A stretch of 53,860 nt of DNA, counting the filler, from Squatina squatina (Eukaryota): NCBI GenBank assembly GCA_031763465.1. It is 3 parts of 3 records of this genome, joined end to end, with 100 filler letters (N's around TTAATTAATTAA, not from the genome) between each part and the next. Parts side by side here need not be neighbours in the genome. Positions count along the whole stretch, not along the records: positions 1 to 16,104 come from JARFOE010000203.1; 2 more parts are not named here. One strand, given 5' to 3'. Within the stretch, counting starts at the first letter, position 1; each line of letters begins with the position of its first letter. Made by a program: the position numbers and the translations under genes. This document shows, in pieces, positions 1 through 11,607 of the stretch. Under the pieces are notes generated by a model. The model saw only the letters and a list, made by a program, of their open reading frames with translations. It did no database searches and was not told the origin of the DNA.

Positions 1-633
1 CTGTGCAGTGGGTTTGACTGGATCCCTCTATTTGAATAACCTGGCAGCACTTGCTGTCCAATGCTTGTGTGTGAAGAATGACTGCTTTGAGGTTCTAGAG
101 GGCAGCTGGCATCTGTTGGATCAACCCAGTATAAATCAAGAGATCACATAAGGGGGGGATAAATATCCTTTTTTTTCTCTTGGCAGCAGAAGAAGCACTA
201 ATGAATGGATTTAGCTGAATAATTATGGGATTGGCACTAGTTTGCTTTTAATAAATTCCAAAATGTTAACTAATGTATGTAATAAAGGATGAAAGCTGCA
301 TGCCATTGTAAAATAGTTTGTGGTTAATTTCTGCAATGACCCTGTGCATGTAGATGCTCTTGGGCAATTCTATTAATTGTTGCAATTAAGTGCTAATGTT
401 GTCTCCAATACATTTTGTCTTTGCATAATTCAACTTCCCTATATGTAATGAAGCATGCCTTGACTGCATTAACATTAATCTGTATTAACTTGCATAGTGA
501 ATTGAAGGAACTTTTAACTGGATGATTGGGTACTTTGCTAAATTTAGGACAATTATTGTGGGTCAACAAAATGCACTGTTCATGTTTTTCTTCCAGTGCA
601 TACTGTGTAACAAACTTTTTTTTTCTCTTACAG

Positions 634-644
634 ATGTGTCCTGA
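634..644 (+). CDS. AKIRIN1: Akirin-1, last coding exon ((Y)VS*)
   Basis: Strong acceptor tttttttttctcttacag|ATGTGTCCTGA gives (T)AT GTG TCC TGA = YVS*, the akirin C-terminus, which sits on a tiny last exon. The downstream UTR (cctcaag...gctgctgtac) resembles AKIRIN1 as I recall it. AKIRIN1 is a known neighbour of RHBDL2/GJA9/RRAGC. Only 11 coding nt are visible. Confidence 0.65.
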
Positions 645-1099
645 AGCATTTTGTGATTGAACGGGTGTTGGCTTTCACCTCAAGTCAGCTGCTGTACTTA
701 TGAGAACTAACTTTTGGTGCCATGTTTTACCCACCTTCTACTTGAGGGATTTTAACTCTTCACCGCTGGCCCACCCTACCTCTTGTAAAAATGAAACAAA
801 AAAAACAAAAAAATCTGACTTTACCAGTCAATGTGCTATCAGTACAGAGATTTGTCTACTTTCCACTGCTAACTCTGCTACTGTGAGAATAACCTGCCAT
901 TTTTTCCTGGCTTCCCTTTTCTACATGATGGTGTCTGAACAGAAGGAATCGATGAAGACAGTACATTTATTATTGTTAAGAGAACACTTAGTAAACTCTT
1001 TAAAAACACACCTGAAACAGCCACTCCCTCCACCAGTGTCGCACCGTAGTTGCAGTGTGTTGTGACCACAGGATGCACGGCAACAACTGACCAAGGTTT

Positions 1100-1287
1100 A
1101 GAACATAAGAATATGAGAAGTAGCAGCAGGAATAGGCCATCTAGCTGCTTGATCCTGCTCAACATTTCAACAAGATCATGGCTGATCTTCTACCTCAATG
1201 CCATTTTCCTGCACCAAGCCCATATCCCTTGCTGCCTTTAATATCTAGAAACCTATCAATCTCTGTTTTGAATATATTCAATGACTG
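1100..1287 (-). mobile_element. CR1/HER1-type LINE 3' fragment
   Basis: Reverse complement of the CR1 tail (gaacataagaa...ggccat...atcatggctgatcttctacctcaa), shared with many copies in the window. Confidence 0.8.
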
Positions 1288-2840
1288 NNNNNNNNNNNNN
1301 NNNNNNNNNNNNNNNNNNNNNNNNNNNNNNNNNNNNNNNNNNNNNNNNNNNNNNNNNNNNNNNNNNNNNNNNNNNNNNNNNNNNNNNNNNNNNNNNNNNN
1401 NNNNNNNNNNNNNNNNNNNNNNNNNNNNNNNNNNNNNNNNNNNNNNNNNNNNNNNNNNNNNNNNNNNNNNNNNNNNNNNNNNNNNNNNNNNNNNNNNNNN
1501 NNNNNNNNNNNNNNNNNNNNNNNNNNNNNNNNNNNNNNNNNNNNNNNNNNNNNNNNNNNNNNNNNNNNNNNNNNNNNNNNNNNNNNNNNNNNNNNNNNNN
1601 NNNNNNNNNNNNNNNNNNNNNNNNNNNCTTCACTAGCCAACCGGCAATTTGCAGCAGGACACATTTGGGATGTGTAGCTCGCCAGTGCCATGCTAATACT
1701 CAAAATTGCTTGGACCTCTCCACTGGCCCAATGGGCGCGCGGTGAGCATGCTCTATCAGGTGGCCGCCCAAAGGATATTCGGCACCAGCATCCTCATTTA
1801 ATTATTGCAGAAAAATGCCTATTTGGGGGGAAAAAAATTGCTTGTGTAGGACTCTTAATTTGAATACCCAATCAGATAGAGCTCCAAATCCAGCTGTTTG
1901 TTTTGATATTCCGCATCCAGACTACAGTATCAAGGGATCCTTGATATCCGTTTAACAGGTTACAAATATACAAGGACAAACAGTGGCATTATATGACCCA
2001 TCATTGTGTTATGACCATTCTGTTTTCACAAAATATGCTGGAATAACAGGGTTTGTTCAGCAGTTAGAAGAATGAATTCCAATGAATGTTGTTTTTTTAA
2101 GCATACCTAACCAAAAAGTGCAACTTTTACCTTGCTCTTTGTACATTTCTTGCCCTGTGTAGTGCTAACAAGCTTAGTGAAAAAAATAAAAATTGACAAA
2201 CTACATCTCCTTTATATTCTATTTTGGTTTAAACACTTAGTATAAATTGGGGATGCAGAATCCTGTTTGAAAATTGATTTGTAACCTGTATCAGTCTTGC
2301 ATGTGCTTGTGTTTGCCTGAGTTTTATTAACTACTTGTGATTTAGTTGACTTCTGTTTAATAAATCTAGAGTGGCCTTATGAAAACAGCTAGATGGTAAA
2401 AATGTCTTGGCATTACTGTTGTCAGCATTAAGGACACACTCAAATGAAGCTGGCATTAGTATAAAAACTTGGTTACTATGTAGAATATGGGGGTTCCAAA
2501 ATGCAGTTAAGTACCTTTAGTCGTGACCACACCTTCACATTTCTGTGGTATTCATTATAGGAGAAGCAGCGCTGCAAGTCTTGAAAGTGAACTATAAAGC
2601 TTATTTACAACTTTCTGAAACCTTGCCATGTAGTTGCATGTTATATGCAGTTTAGTATAGTTTACACTCTAGACACTTTCCATCGTTTTCCCCACCAGTT
2701 GTAGGCATTTTAAATAGCAAAAACAGTTGCATTATTTGGGNNNNNNNNNNNNNNNNNNNNNNNNNNNNNNNNNNNNNNNNNNNNNNNNNNNNNNNNNNNN
2801 NNNNNNNNNNNNNNNNNNNNNNNNNNNNNNNNNNNNNNNN

Positions 2841-3513
2841 GTGGTGCAGGTGGCTCTGGGAGGTCAGGTGGTTGTTGTGGTTGGTCTGGTTGAGGAGCTG
2901 CTGCTTCCTCAGCCCTGGCCTCATTTGCCTCTGCCCCCATGGCTCTCTGCCTGTCTAGAAGATCTCTTCTGTACCTGAGGTTGTGCATGTGATGTTGGAT
3001 GAGTATCCATTCGACCGTGAGTGCGGCACCTATGGCGACTGGGGCCGAAGTCTCCAAGATGGCCAAAGCTCAGGACAAACCAAAGAGAAGTCAGCAGTGT
3101 CTCAGAGTGAGGCTATAAAGTTAAAAGTCATGTGATTTGATTGAAATGGAGCTGGGAGACAAAGTAAGAATGAAGCCCAGTCCAGTGCTTTCATTAGCGC
3201 TCAAAGATGTGAGATGAGGCATGTTAATGCCCAAAAAACAGGACGTTATCACCGCTAATTTTAAGGCACTGTAGCCTTGCCGAATTCTACAGCAGGCGGC
3301 CATTTTGGGCATTGCACCCACTGATGACATCATCAAGTCACTCTAACGCTGAACTTTGTGATTGAAGTCTTCTGGAGTTAGTGCCCATTTAGCACTGATG
3401 TTAACGGGGGACGAATCTCGCGGCACAAAGTTTAACGCCCAAAATCGGCGTTAAGCCCTTGACACCCATTTAACGTCAGTTTAGCGCCAAATGAAGGATG
3501 AATTGGGCGACCC
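2841..3513 (-). mobile_element. Probable PIF/Harbinger-type DNA transposon end with an inward-pointing ORF start
   Basis: GC-rich block ending gaattgggcgaccc; similar ends occur at ~28000 (gaattgggcaccc) and ~37865 (aattgggccccc). The minus ORF MAILETSAPVAIGAALTVEW...QPDQPQQPP runs into a gap. The family assignment is inference. Confidence 0.4.
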
Positions 3514-4907
3514 CCATATTTTGCCAACACTTTCATGGAAGGTGAAAGAAAGTCCTCTGACTGAACTACTTTGGTTAAGAATAAATGAAATATTTTGGTT
3601 TGTGATTGAGCACAAATCTCTCCACTTGAATCTCCCACACTGTAATGTCAAAGTTTATTATAGAAAAAGCTAAAATAGAGGATATTAATTTATAGAATGG
3701 AGTGAGATGTACTAAATGACATTTCTGCAAGCAAAGATCACTTGAACAAAATGTGAGCTTTATGCTTTGGTATGTCAGCTAATCCTGCTGTGGGAGATGA
3801 TGATGAGTGGGCTAAGTTTGAACAAGTCTTGGATGATAGTAAAGCATGCTTGTTTTTGTGTGTGCATGTGTGTTGGGAGGAAAGCTTTCCTACAATCTAG
3901 TTAATCCTGTTTTAAACACTTTCCCATCTCTGATTCTTTCAGTTTTGCCTTGATACCTTCCCTGAGTATTACAAATTGAGGTCAAAAGTTTATAAAATGG
4001 CTACCTTGTTTTCTGACAGTATATAGTAATAACTGATTCCTGTTGCATTAGAATATAAACAGAATAAAGTTCAAAATTAAGACTTGTGTGTGGAGCTCAA
4101 ATATTTTTTTTGAAGGTTTAAAAGTTGTCGGTGCTTAGAAAAGGCTAGTTTTTGTCATGTTTGTTGCAATATGAATTGGAATCCTAAGAGACCTAGGTTT
4201 TAAACTAGCAGAGGGGACAGAAAACATGTTCTAATCACTCAAAACACATTTTCATGGAATGTCAAGTATGATTTTAGAATTTCTCGTGTGCTTATCTAAC
4301 AAATACAGGATAGCTGGTGACAAGGCTATTGGCTCTCTACAAAGCAAATAATCNNNNNNNNNNNNNNNNNNNNNNNNNNNNNNNNNNNNNNNNNNNNNNN
4401 NNNNNNNNNNNNNNNNNNNNNNNNNNNNNNNNNNNNNNNNNNNNNNNNNNNNNAACTAACAGAGAAAGACCCATCACACTGTTCCCCATTGTGTGTTCCA
4501 TTTACAGTGAAAACTACTGCATTATGGCAATAAAACATTTTATTTACATGGAATCATTTATACTGGAGATAGAACCTTTTATGATGACATGAGAAAGACC
4601 CAAAGAAATTGATGATATTATCCTACCAAAATGAACCTTCTGTCGCCAATTTTTTGAAAAAGCCTTTGGTCATTCCTCCAAATCTTCCTACTCGCCATCT
4701 GTTTTCCTTGCACCAATCAGTGACGATATTTGGGATGCTCTTTATGCGAAAGGTGCTAAATATTTGGTTGTTATTGTCTTCATTAGATCTGAAAGGCTAG
4801 TGAACTAAATAATGATCTGGAGATGTACCCTGTGGTTGGTAAATTATTTATTTCTGGAGAACTGGAGTTTAAATCTTTCATTGTGAAATTCTCATTTTAT
4901 TTTTCAG

Positions 4908-5056
4908 CTGGCTATTTTTATTTACTATGCAGTCTGGATGCCTCAGAAGCAGTGGATTACCTTGGACAAAGGGGTGTGGGAAAGCCCATTCATATATCGG
5001 CCTGACAAGAGGAAGGAGGCATGGAGATTTGTTTCTTACATGCTTGTACATGCCGG
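4908..5056 (+). CDS. RHBDL2: Rhomboid-like protease 2, internal exon
   Basis: ttttcag|LAIFIYYAVWMPQKQWITLDKGVWESPFIYRPDKRKEAWRFVSYMLVHAG|gtaaat, 149 nt. Contains the rhomboid WR motif and matches the RHBDL2 sequence. Confidence 0.95.
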
Positions 5057-5476
5057 GTAAATGTTTCTCACTTGAATGTTGTTTTATTCTATGGATAAAT
5101 AAAGCACAGAAAATGTCTGAAATCACACACCTGCAATTAATAGGGTTTAGTGTTAACTTTTATAAAAAGGAGTTGACATCATGAAGACAAAGGCACCTTA
5201 TGGCGTGATACCGAGCTATATCGAGCAAATGAGTTGGCTGTTGTCATCTGGGGAAATGGTGGGGCATTACAACTGGCTTTGCTGTCTACAGCTCGGGAGG
5301 GAAGAAAAAAAGATATCCACTGTTCTGCTCAGGCGGAAGTACGATTTGGCGTAGCACTAATTCCTNNNNNNNNNNNNNNNNNNNNNNNNNNNNNNNNNNN
5401 NNNNNNNNNNNNNNNNNNNNNNNNNNNNNNNNNNNNNNNNNNNNNNNNNNNNNNNNNNNNNNNNNCCTTCCCATAG

Positions 5477-5656
5477 GTGTCCTTTGTGGCTCACATTGCA
5501 GGCGGCCTAGCTGGAATGACCATTGGCTATGTGGTTTTCAGCTGCTACGACCAGAAGCTCTTAAAAGATCCCAGATTTTGGGCTTCAATTTTGGCCTATG
5601 TTGCCTGCATAGTGTTTGCCATCATATTCAACATCTTCCTGTCTCCTGCTCCTTAA
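5477..5656 (+). CDS. RHBDL2: Rhomboid-like protease 2, last coding exon (catalytic His, TM6-7)
   Basis: ccatag|VSFVAHIAGGLAGMTIGYVVFSCYDQKLLKDPRFWASILAYVACIVFAIIFNIFLSPAP*. Contains the AHxxG catalytic motif. Intervening exons are lost in the gap. Confidence 0.96.
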   Translation: MSFVAHIAGGLAGMTIGYVVFSCYDQKLLKDPRFWASILAYVACIVFAIIFNIFLSPAP

Positions 5657-6252
5657 ACAATAGCAGGAGGGGCGGTGGGCGGAGAAATGGATTAGTCATA
5701 ATGTTTTTAAATGTACATTAATGCTGACATGATTCCAAGAAGCACATCACAGCTCCTGAAGGCCAGTTGGAACATTCATTTCCGACAACCTGCTCAACGT
5801 TGCACAATGCCAGTAACCTACTCTTAACACTTTCCCACTGTACATTTGGCTTTTATAAGTCATCATCACATGTCAACTGGTGTTTTGACTTGAATTTGGA
5901 GAAAAAGAATGAGTAGAGAATTGATTTGTTTTTTGGCATGCTGTTTGGTGCTGAATATGTGACCTTCCTTTAATTTGTCCTATTTTTGTTGTGCTGTGAT
6001 GCTGATAGGTTTTTCAATCCCAGTATTGAAATTGCAATCTCCAGTGCACTCAAATAGTCACACTTCTGAAGGGATGCGCAACAGACTGAATTCTACACCC
6101 AATGTGGCCAGATTGGACTAATTGGAACTAATTTGAGTAAATATCTAATTTTTTGGCCATATTCAGATTTGAAAACAACAGTCACTTTTGAAGGACAGAC
6201 TGCACTGCCAAACTTTTGCAGCACCATTTCCCAAACTATCAAAATCTGTTTT

Positions 6253-6535
6253 CTCAAGTGAACGTAAAAGATCCTGTGGCACTATTTCGTAGAAGAGCAG
6301 GGGAGTTCTTCCCCAGTGTCCTGGGCCAATATTATTCTCTCAATCCACGTCACCAAAACAGATTATCTGGTCATTATCACATCGCTGTTTGTGGGAGCTT
6401 GCTGTGCGCAATTTGGCTGCTGCGTTTCCTGCATCACAACAGTGACTACACTTCAAAAAGTACTTCATTGGCTGTAAAGCACTTTGGGGCATCTGGTGGT
6501 CGTGAAAGGTGCTATATAAATACAGTTCCTTCTTT
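6253..6535 (+). mobile_element. DeuSINE (SacSINE1-like) SINE, 5'-truncated
   Basis: aaaagatcctgtggcactattt...gggagcttgctgtgcgcaatttggctgc...aggtgctatataaatac; near-identical reverse copies at ~49.3 kb and ~52.9 kb. Confidence 0.8.
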
Positions 6536-6582
6536 TATTACTCTGGCAGCTGTGATGGTCTTGAGTGAAATCTATGTCTATT

Positions 6583-6767
6583 TTATTGAAACATATAAGA
6601 TTCTGAGGGGGCTTGACAGGGTGAATGCTGAGAGGATGTTTCCCCTCGTGGGGGAATCTAGAACAGGGGGCAAAGTCTCAGAATAAGGAATTGCCCATTT
6701 AAGACGGAGATGAGGAGGAATTTCTTCTCTCAGAGGGTTGTGAATCTTTGGAATTCTTTACCCCAGA
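6583..6767 (+). mobile_element. CR1 LINE ORF2 C-terminal fragment
   Basis: IETYKILRGLDRVNAERMFPLVGESRT...RRNFFSQRVVNLWNSLP is the typical CR1 ORF2 end. Confidence 0.9.
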
Positions 6768-7066
6768 NNNNNNNNNNNNNNNNNNNNNNNNNNNNNNNNN
6801 NNNNNNNNNNNNNNNNNNNNNNNNNNNNNNNNNNNNNNNNNNNNNNNNNNNNNNNNNNNNNNNNNNNGCCCCTGGAGTCTGTTCCATCATTCAATTAAAT
6901 CATGGCTGATCTGTATCAGCCTTGGTTCTGTAACCCTTAATACCCTTGCTTAACACACATCTATCAATTTACAAAGTATCAAGTTACTGTTAATTGAACA
7001 AACGACCCATCTAATATTACAATAATTTCTGTTGTCAGGGTTCTATACTGAAATAAAGCAGTGAGG

Positions 7067-7392
7067 ATGGGCGACTGGAATTTCCTTGGAGGGATTTTGG
7101 AGGAAGTTCATGTCCACTCCACCATTGTTGGGAAAATATGGCTGACAATCCTTTTCATATTCCGCATGCTTGTCCTTGGAGTGGCTGCTGAAGATGTGTG
7201 GAATGACGAGCAATCAGAGTTCATCTGTAACACAGAGCAGCCAGGGTGCAGGAACGTGTGCTATGACAAGGCTTTCCCAATCTCTCTCATACGATACTGG
7301 GTCTTGCAGGTAATCTTTGTGTCTTCGCCATCCCTAGTGTACATGGGCCATGCCCTGTACAGACTCAGGGCACTGGAGAAAGAAAGACAGAA
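7067..7392 (+). CDS. GJA9: Connexin GJA9 (Cx59/Cx55.5-like), N-terminus to cytoplasmic loop; continues into gap
   Basis: [78 protein letters not shown]..., with the connexin EL1 Cys signature. It belongs to the GJA9/GJA10 subgroup, and synteny with RHBDL2 and RRAGC favours GJA9. Confidence 0.92.
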
Positions 7393-7744
7393 NNNNNNNN
7401 NNNNNNNNNNNNNNNNNNNNNNNNNNNNNNNNNNNNNNNNNNNNNNNNNNNNNNNNNNNNNNNNNNNNNNNNNNNNNNNNNNNNNNNNNNNNNNNNNNNN
7501 NNNNNNNNNNNNNNNNNNNNNNNNNNNNNNNNNNNNNNNNNNNNNNNNNNNNNNNNNNNNNNNNNNNNNNNNNNNNNNNNNNNNNNNNNNNNNNNNNNNN
7601 NNNNNNNNNNNNNNNNNNNNNNNNNNNNNNNNNNNNNNNNNNNNNNNNNNNNNNNNNNNNNNNNNNNNNNNNNNNNNNNNNNNNNNNNNNNNNNNNNNNN
7701 NNNNNNNNNNNNNNNNNNNNNNNNNNNNNNNNNNNNNNNNNNNN

Positions 7745-7844
7745 GTACCGGCAGACACCGCATGCTCCATCTCTAGGGACACCCGGGGCTGTGGAACTAC
7801 AGTCCAGCACAAATCACTGCCTTACAATGAGATGTGGAAAAAAG
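7745..7844 (+). CDS. GJA9: GJA9 proximal C-terminal tail (after gap), up to a putative splice donor
   Basis: Open, GC-richer frame VPADTACSISRDTRGCGTTVQHKSLPYNEMWKK, in the same frame as the distal tail. Ends AAAG|gtgaaa (phase 1). Confidence 0.5.
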
Positions 7845-7991
7845 GTGAAAAAAGCAAAGTACATACTTAACAGATTCTACATGAGGAAAGAAGTTAAATA
7901 TGGGGAGTATCACAGCAGTTACTAAAATAGTTCAATGGCATAACTTCTCACAATTCAGGTTTCATTTTAAGTTGCTTTACTGAAATTTAAG

Positions 7992-8602
7992 GTGATCGGA
8001 AACAAAGTCACAAAGATGAGCAACAGGAGCATCCAATGGCCAATCAATTTAATGCACATTTTAATGCAGCATCAAGCTGCACCGAAGGACTAAAAAAGTC
8101 AACTGGATCAGAGGTTCTCAGCCAAAGGAGTGAAGAGTTGAATGAGCACTCAAACACTGCCTCCCTTCCTGTTGGTGGCTCCGCCCCAGGCTCATATTCA
8201 GCCAGTCAGATGGAACTATCAACAGCCGGTACGTTATACCCGTCTCTTCACACAGGTATGGCCTCATTCACCGCAATTACAGCCAGCTCCAGTCGCAAGC
8301 CACGCCGAGTCAGTGCCTCCTTTAACTGCGCCACAGTGGTCGAGCGCAGCGGCTCTGCCACAGAATCTGAACCAAGTAACAAGGGAAGATGTGGCTTCAT
8401 TGCTACCAGGGCCCGGGCAGCTTCGAAAACAGACCTCAAACGGCCCAGCAGACCTGACACCCCCGATTCAATCTGTGAATCCAGCTCAGAGTCGAAGCAT
8501 AGCGGAAACAGCGACAGTCCCCAGGCCCTCTCTCCCTCACGGAGAATGTCATTGGCAAGTAACGCCAGCAGCAGGCGTGCTCCCACCGATCTCCAGATAT
8601 GA
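7992..8602 (+). CDS. GJA9: GJA9 distal C-terminal tail exon
   Basis: tttaag|GT GAT CGG... open to ...SRRMSLASNASSRRAPTDLQI*, an alpha-connexin Ser/Arg-rich tail with a DLxI PDZ motif. An in-frame TAA at 7988 implies an acceptor here. Confidence 0.8.
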
Positions 8603-8692
8603 GCGTTAGTTTAATTAATACCTTATCTCTTTTAAATACAAGAGTACATTCTTGGATCTTAGCAAAGTGGGGTTGTTTTGTCTCAAATACTT

Positions 8693-9518
8693 GGGCCTGA
8701 ATTTTAATGCTTTGGCGGGTTGAGAGTGGGCGGGCGGGGGTGGGGCTCGGAAGCAGTCAGGACACCCGGGAGAACGGGTTTCCCGCAGGCCCAACTTGCA
8801 TTTGAAACCTCTGTTTCCCACCAGCAGCCAGGCCACAGAGCGGAGTGAGGGAGGGATCGCGTGGGGGCCTGATGCTGACCGGTGTGCGGTGGGGGTGGCC
8901 AGGGAAGTGTGAAAGGTGGGTGCTGGTGGAGGATGATCAGGGGTGCTGAAGGAGCATGATTGAGGGCCGGTAGCTCATCGGGGTTCGGAGACTGATCGGG
9001 GGCCGGAGGCATGTGGAGGGGTGAGGGGGGCACGGAGGGCAGCCAACATCGGCGGGCTGGAAGAGCATCGTGGAGTGGGGCGGGGAGAAAGAGCTTGTCG
9101 GGTGGATCGGAGGCCTGGGGGGAATCGGAGGCCTCGTGGTGGGGTGGGGGTCTCCGATTGCGGGGAGGTGGTTTAGGCAGGGACGCTGGATCCAGGTGGT
9201 AATTATAAAGGCACTTACCTCCTGGATCCAGCAGTCCTTGCCTTCTATTAGCTGCCAGGTTTCCCGAGGCCCGCAAAACCCAACCAGCCACTGTTAAATT
9301 TCAAATGGTGGTCAAAGCGGAGGCATGCTAGCCTCATTATAATTAAATGGACGACCCACTTCCTGGGAGTGGGTTGGCTGCCCACCCCCGTCCAGCAACC
9401 ATTAAAACAGGAGGTGGGCGGGTTGGAGGCTGGTTCTGATCAAGATTCAGATTTTTTAATATTTTAAATTCCCACCAGACCCCAACCCACCCATTCTTTG
9501 GGGTTAAAATTCCACCCT
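8693..9518. mobile_element. GC-rich non-autonomous DNA transposon (MITE, probably Harbinger-type)
   Basis: Imperfect TIRs gggcctgaattttaa ... ttaaaattccaccc; internal palindrome at 9185-9232. Confidence 0.65.
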
Positions 9519-10289
9519 TGGGCTCACCTTTAGATCAGCAATTATGTGATGTCAGTACAACATGTCATATGAAAACATGACCAAGAAACAGAAACAGTGA
9601 ATAAAGGTCTAATACCCGAAACAGATCTCTCTTTATTCAATGCCATAAAAACAAAGCCTATTTTATGTACATTAAGCATCATCAGCCTTNNNNNNNNNNN
9701 NNNNNNNNNNNNNNNNNNNNNNNNNNNNNNNNNNNNNNNNNNNNNNNNNNNNNNNNNNNNNNNNNNNNNNNNNNNNNNNNNNNNNNNNNTAAAAAGAAAT
9801 CAACAAAACTTTTAACAATATTTTTAAAATAACCTCCGCCCCATTCTCTCCGTGAACCCTCCCCGTACTTGCTCATCAGTTCTGACCTATGTTACCACCC
9901 ATGATCTTGTGAGGAGGACTTGAGGTCACCGATGTACACGACTGTGAAAACTGTCCCCAAATTGCCTGTATGGTAGTGACTCTAGGCTAAATTTACAGAC
10001 AATCAGAATGATCTCTTATTGCAGGTTTTATGATTACCAATTAAACAACCAGATGGAACTCTTTGCTTAAATAGCTGCTCATTTCACTGTAATTGCAGTT
10101 AGAAAAGCTTCATGGTGACAGTTTTATTAATAATGCTGCAAGTGTTAGCCAAACTATGAAAGATGGTGTTGGACTTTAGTCAGGCACCTCCATAGGTAGT
10201 TACTGTAATTGATCAAATACCATCTGTGTGAAAGTGAACGTATCTCGGCACTGTCTCCAAAATTCACTCCAGTTACAGTTGTTGGATTC

Positions 10290-10945
10290 TCAACAACAAC
10301 AACCTATATTTATATAGCACCTTTAACGTAGTGAAACGTCCCAAGGTGCTTCTCAGGAATATTATGAGATAAAAAAATTTGACACCGAACCACATAAGGA
10401 GAAGTTAGGGCAGCTGACCGAAAGCTTGGCCAAAGTGGTAGGTTTTAAGGAGCGTCTTGAAGGAGGAAAGAGAGGTAGAGAGGTTTAGGCAGGGAATTCC
10501 AGAGCTTAGGGCCTAGGCAACAGACGGCACAGCCACCAATGGTCGAGCGATTATAATCAGGGATGCTCAAGAGGGCAGAATTAGAGAAGTGCAGACATCT
10601 CGGGGGGTTGTGGGGCTGAAGGAGATTACAGAGATAGGGAGGGGTGAGGCCATGGAGGGATTTGAAGACAAGGATGAGAATTTTGAAATCGAGGCATTAC
10701 TTAACCGGGAGCCAATGTAGGTCAACAAGCACAGGGCGAGCGGGACATGGTGTGAGTTAGGACAGAGGCAGCCGAGTTTTGGATCACCTCTAGTTTATGT
10801 AGGGTAGAATGTGGAGTCAGGAGTGTATTGGAATAGTCAAGTCTTCAGGTAGCAAAGGCATAGATGAGGGCTTCAGCAGTGGATGAGCTGAGGCAAGGGT
10901 GGAGACGAGCAATGTAACGGAGGTTGAAATAGGCGGACTTAGTTA
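10290..10945 (-). mobile_element. L2-clade LINE 3' portion
   Basis: (caa)n tail plus atttatatagcacc..., followed by reverse-strand ORF2 remnants (gagcttagggcctaggca, gggagccaatgtagg). A related copy lies at 49621-49840. Confidence 0.8.
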
Positions 10946-11407
10946 CAGATATGATGAAGCCATCATACCATCATTTATGCGCAGAGCAGGGCCTAAATTC
11001 ATTAGTGACCCAAATGGCCCATGATTCCAGCAGCTCGCAGCAATAACGCACCAGAACAGAGGGGCCTGAGGACCGAANNNNNNNNNNNNNNNNNNNNNNN
11101 NNNNNNNNNNNNNNNNNNNNNNNNNNNNNNNNNNNNNNNNNNNNNNNNNNNNNNNNNNNNNNNNNNNNNNNNNNNNNTGCCATAATTACCCACAGCAGTG
11201 CTCGGAGCTGCTGCGTGGTTGGTTGACAGAAAAATAAAACATTTGAAAAATAGAGTGATCGCTGTTTCACAAAAGCTGACGACTGGTTTGGGTTTGCTTT
11301 TTATTGGTCCGAATGGGCACTCTGAATTATTTTTTTGATGCTGATAGTGGTTTCTGTGTCGCCTTCTTTTCAAATGTCGGGTTGCTGATGAGTGTTGTCT
11401 TTGACAG

Positions 11408-11607
11408 GATGATTATATGGAAGCTCTAGCAAGACTTCACTTGACAGTATCCAGAGCATACAAAGTCAATCCTGAAATCAATTTTGAAGTATTCATCCAC
11501 AAAGTAGATGGTTTGTCAGATGATCACAAGATAGAAACCCAAAGAGACATTCATCAGCGAGCCAATGATGACCTTGCTGATGCTGGTTTAGAGAAACTTC
11601 ACCTGAG
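11408..11607 (+). CDS. RRAGC: Ras-related GTP-binding protein C, internal exon (200 nt)
   Basis: gacag|[67 protein letters not shown]|gtaagc; Rag HKVD (G4) motif. Confidence 0.93.

Noticed and set aside
8704-9297. Pro/Gly-rich ORFs of up to 195 aa
   Set aside because: They lie within a GC-rich MITE, are low complexity, and show no recognisable homology.
9560-11400. Absence of MYCBP between GJA9 and RRAGC as a gene loss
   Set aside because: Two unsized 100-N gaps lie here, and the first RRAGC exons are missing too.
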